From Dehalococcoidia bacterium (GTDB taxonomy: Bacteria > Chloroflexota > Dehalococcoidia > Bin125), in assembly GCA_965203165.1 (NCBI GenBank), contig OZ241849.1, forward strand, positions 2,093,786 to 2,157,785: a stretch of DNA of 64,000 nucleotides. The letters run 5' to 3'. Below, piece by piece: positions 61,152-64,000 of the stretch. Every line of letters starts with the position of its first letter. Position 1 is the stretch's first letter. A program made the position numbers and the translations under genes. The notes under the pieces are model-generated. The model made no database searches, was not told the origin of the DNA, and saw only the letters and a program-made list of their open reading frames with translations.

Positions 61152-62029
61152 CGCAGCACGATTTCGTTCTCGCCGCCGCCGCGCCGCCGCGCCAGCCAGC
61201 GCCGCGCCCAGGTTTGCATTCCGCCCGCCCGACGGCTCGCGCTTGCTTCCACAATTCGCCCCATCTGCTCGTAGCCCAGCCGCTCGTAGGCGCGCACCGC
61301 CGGCTCGTTCAGCGGATCAACCGACAGTACTACCTCGTCGGTTTCGCGCAGCAACGCCGCTGTCACCGCGCTGGTCGCCGCCTTGCCGTGGCCGAAGCCG
61401 CGCCGACTGGGATGCGTGAACACATTGCCCAGCACCGCGATGCCGTAGCTGTGGCTGATCGAGTGCGTGCCCGCCACCGCGACCAGCCGGCCCTCCTCCA
61501 GCACGCCGTGGTAGCAGCCGTCCTCGATGTGCTGGCGCGCGTAGCGCGTCGGTCTCCCCTCGGAGCTGTAGAGCCGGTTGATGGTCTGCGTATGGCGGCC
61601 GAGCAGTTCCAGCGTTTCGCCCTCCCAGGGGCGGAAGGTCTGCGGCGTGACCAGCATCCGCAGCATTTGGCGGCAAGACGGCAGCGTGTGCGCGGTCTCC
61701 AGCGCGGGGACGTGCCGCGGCTCGCAGATCGCAAACGTTCGCGGCGGTCCGGGGTGCAGGCTGAGAATCTGCGCCGCCCCTTCGGGCGGGCCCAGCAGCG
61801 TCGTCGCCTCGCCCAGCCCGGCGTGCGAGTGGCAGACAATCGCCTCCGCGCCCCCCACGCGGCACGACCACCACTCCGAACGCTCCCACGCATCCCCCTC
61901 CAGCTGCGCCAGCGCATAGGCCGCGATGTAGCGCTGCGGATACAGCTGCGCGGCCAACTCCTGCGGATTATGCCGCCGCACAATCGCAATCCGCTCCCGC
62001 GCCTGCCCCAGCCGCAGCGACAACGCCAT
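61148..62029 (-). CDS. GNAT-family N-acetyltransferase (C-terminal GNAT fold; N-terminal ~150 aa of unknown function)
   Basis: C-terminal Q/R-x-x-G-x-G/A motif (RRGFGHGKA) and ...AYERLGY. Overlapping stop/start with both neighbours. Confidence 0.7.
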   Translation of the reverse strand: MALSLRLGQARERIAIVRRHNPQELAAQLYPQRYIAAYALAQLEGDAWERSEWWSCRVGGAEAIVCHSHAGLGEATTLLGPPEGAAQILSLHPGPPRTFAICEPRHVPALETAHTLPSCRQMLRMLVTPQTFRPWEGETLELLGRHTQTINRLYSSEGRPTRYARQHIEDGCYHGVLEEGRLVAVAGTHSISHSYGIAVLGNVFTHPSRRGFGHGKAATSAVTAALLRETDEVVLSVDPLNEPAVRAYERLGYEQMGRIVEASASRRAGGMQTWARRWLARRRGGGENEIVLR

Positions 62030-62944
62030 TTACGCGCCCCGCTCTTCCGCAGTGACCGTTGCCAGACGCTCTCGCACCCCCGCCTCCGTCGCGCGCAGCA
62101 GCCCCTCAATGCCGAACGCCTCGATCGCGAACGAGGCCACCGCGCAGCCCCAGCGCGCCGCCTCGACCAGATCCGCGCCGCCCGCCATCGCGCTCAGCAG
62201 CGCCGCGGTAAACGAATCGCCCGCCCCGGTCGGGTCCACCGCATTGACGTTGGGCACGGCGGAAACGCGCACGCTGCGCTCGGGCTCAAAAATGTCCACG
62301 CCGCGCGAGCCCTGCTTGATCAGGATCGTCTGCGGCCCCAACTGCATCAGCCGCTCTGCCGCCGCGGCCGGCAGCGCCGCGTCCTCCTCCGAGCCCGCCC
62401 AGCCGATCAGCAGCGCCGCCTCATGCGCGTTGATCGAAATCAGCTGCGACCGCCGCACAATCCCCATCAGCCCCTCCCGATGCGTTTCGATCTCCCGCTC
62501 GATCGTGTCCACCGCGATCAGGCGCGGATTGCGCAGACGCGCCAGCGCCCGCTCATTCTGCTGCGGATTGCCCGCCGTCAGAAACAGATACGGCGCATCG
62601 AGCAGCCCCGGGTGGAGCTCCACGATCTGCGACTCGTAGACGCCCGGCTCGGTGTAGAGCGTCTCGCGCCGATCGCCGCTGGAGTCGTAGCGGCAGGCCC
62701 AGCGAAAGGTGCGGCCCGGCGCGCGCTCGATGCCGTTGAGCGCAATGCCCGCCTCGCGCAGCGGCGCGAGCAGGGCGCAATCGAAATCATCCCCCACCAT
62801 CGAGACGGGCGCCGCCAGCGCCGCAAACCGCGCGCCCAGCGCCGCGTACACGCAGGAGCCGCCCAGCAGATCCTCGACGCCGCCCGCCGCGCTGTGAATC
62901 TCGTCGTAGGCCACCGCGCCCACGATCACCAGATCGACGCTCAC
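62030..62944 (-). CDS. PfkB-family carbohydrate/nucleoside kinase (adenosine-kinase-like by context)
   Basis: N-terminal GG motif and the C-terminal DPTGAGDSF anion hole of the ribokinase/PfkB family. Confidence 0.8.
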   Translation of the reverse strand: MSVDLVIVGAVAYDEIHSAAGGVEDLLGGSCVYAALGARFAALAAPVSMVGDDFDCALLAPLREAGIALNGIERAPGRTFRWACRYDSSGDRRETLYTEPGVYESQIVELHPGLLDAPYLFLTAGNPQQNERALARLRNPRLIAVDTIEREIETHREGLMGIVRRSQLISINAHEAALLIGWAGSEEDAALPAAAAERLMQLGPQTILIKQGSRGVDIFEPERSVRVSAVPNVNAVDPTGAGDSFTAALLSAMAGGADLVEAARWGCAVASFAIEAFGIEGLLRATEAGVRERLATVTAEERGA

Positions 62945-63812
62945 GGCAGATACCCCTCAAGCAGCAGCGCGTAGCGCTCGCGCGCCTCCGCCGGAATCCG
63001 CGCCGGATCCGTCATGATCGCCCCCCGCAGCGCGCCCGCCGCCGTCGAACTCCAATCCGCCGGCAGCCCCCGCGCGACCTCCCGCACAATCGCCTGCGCC
63101 GACGCCACATTCTCCTGCACCACCGCCGCCACCGCTTCCGCCGTCACATCTTCCCCCCCTCCCGCCACACGTCGTAATCCGTCGCCGTCGCCAGCATCGC
63201 GTAGGCGATCTCCGCCTCCCGCGCCAGTTTCGCCTCGGGGATCGCCGTCATCCCGATGATCGCCGCGCCCCACGACCGATGCAGCGCCGACTCCGCCCGC
63301 GTGCTGAACGCCGGCCCCTCCATGCAGACATACGCCCCGCCGCGGTGCGCCCGCTTGTCCAACGCCTCCGCCGCATCGCCCAACCGCTCGCTCAAATCCG
63401 CGCAGAACGGATCCGCAAACCCCACATGCGCCGCAATCCCGCCCTCGAAGAACGAGCGCACCCGGTCGCCCTTCGTCCGGTCGATGATCTGATCCGGAAT
63501 CACCATGTCGCCCCGCGCGATCTCCTCGCGCAGCGAGCCCACTGCCGACACCGCGATGATCCCCTGCACGCCCAACGCTTTGAGCGCCCAGATATTCGCC
63601 CGCACCGGAATCTCGTGCGGCAGCAGCACATGCCCCCGCCCGTGCCGCGGCAGAAACGCGACCCGCCGCCCTTCAAGCGAACCAATCGCCAGCTCGTCGC
63701 TCGCCGCGCCGAACGGCGTCTCCGGCGTCCACGTTTCCAGCGACTCCAGGCCGGGCATCCGGTAGAAACCCGAGCCGCCGATCACCGCCAGAGACGCGCG
63801 TGGTTGAGCCAT
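62941..63812 (-). pseudogene. mtnP: S-methyl-5'-thioadenosine phosphorylase (MTAP), split into two reading frames at a C7/G7 homopolymer
   Basis: ORF 63144..63812(-) carries the N-terminal 222 aa (IGGSGFY, Phosphorylase-I fold, ...ATDYDVWREGGKM*). ORF 62941..63273(-), in another frame, continues ...GGEDVTAEAVAAVVQENV... One extra G in the G7 run at 63153-63159 would splice them into one ~290-aa MTAP. Confidence 0.7.
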
Positions 63813-63815
63813 TGG

Positions 63816-64000
63816 TCAGAACCGAACCAGCGCATCGAACGGCAGGCCACGCAGCCGCTCGCGTCCGTTGAGCTCAACCAGCTCGATCAGCACCACGATG
63901 CTCATCACTTCCGCCCCCGCGTCGCTCAGCAGGCCGGCCGCCGCCTCCAGCGTCCCGCCCGTCGCCAGCAGATCGTCCACCAGCGCCACCCGCTGCCCGG
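63816..64000 (-). CDS. apt: adenine phosphoribosyltransferase (C-terminal part; the N-terminus is outside the window)
   Basis: The reverse strand reads ...[29 protein letters not shown], the PRPP-binding motif of APRT. Stop at 63816-63818. Confidence 0.75.
   Translation of the reverse strand, partial: GQRVALVDDLLATGGTLEAAAGLLSDAGAEVMSIVVLIELVELNGRERLRGLPFDALVRF

Overview
This window is a very high-GC (roughly 70% by eye) segment of a bacterial chromosome, and almost all of it is tightly packed, translationally coupled housekeeping genes. I found no rRNA or tRNA genes, CRISPR arrays, IS elements or integrases.

Plus-strand content, left to right:
- a sugar ABC transporter with three tandem paralogous lipoprotein substrate-binding proteins (SBPs);
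- pdxS-pdxT and a Ycf45/SpoIIIAA-like AAA+ ATPase;
- tmk, thrB-lysC and dnaE;
- rplI and a replication module: dnaB, a DnaD-like gene, and a tandemly duplicated DnaC/DnaI-like loader;
- comF, a hypothetical gene, glyA, and rpsF-ssb-rpsR;
- an unusual operon: hom, a coiled-coil ORF, thrC, folE, a FemAB-like acyltransferase, an MshA/BshA-like GT4 and an LmbE-like deacetylase;
- ccsA, then the contiguous str-S10-spc-alpha ribosomal superoperon (rpsL through rpsI, 36.4-58.5 kb).

Minus-strand content:
- at the left end: pheA (partial), two TrkA-type genes, a UspA-family gene and a YfcE-like phosphoesterase;
- a MoaD-MoaE fusion, divergent from comF;
- at the right end, a methyl-cycle/salvage operon: apt (partial), mtnP, a PfkB kinase, a GNAT, ahcY and metK.

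The largest antisense ORFs in the track (for example 37266..41147-, 14339..16627-, 24067..26481-) are GC-driven artefacts opposite real genes.

Observations that deserve a second look:
1. The FemAB-like/GT4/LmbE-deacetylase trio fused to the thr/folE operon. It is a candidate variant low-molecular-weight thiol or aminosugar-conjugate pathway.
2. Lineage-specific changes in core machinery:
- S18 carries long Pro/Ala tails encoded by near-perfect 114-bp tandem repeats.
- SecY has an insertion of about 155 aa in the TM7-TM8 loop.
- L24 has a C-terminal C4 zinc ribbon.
- rpsN/Z and rpmJ are missing from their usual slots.
- Many r-proteins carry acidic tails.
3. dnaB coupled to a DnaD-like protein and a duplicated DnaI-like loader whose first Walker A is degenerate.
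4. An apparent frameshift of mtnP at a C7 homopolymer.
5. A small dispersed GC-rich hairpin repeat family (REP-like) in intergenic regions.

The gene content (monoderm-style lipoprotein SBPs, DnaD/DnaI-type loaders, an MshA/BshA-like GT, Ycf45) fits a high-GC monoderm lineage such as Chloroflexota/Thermomicrobia, but I cannot assign it from sequence alone.
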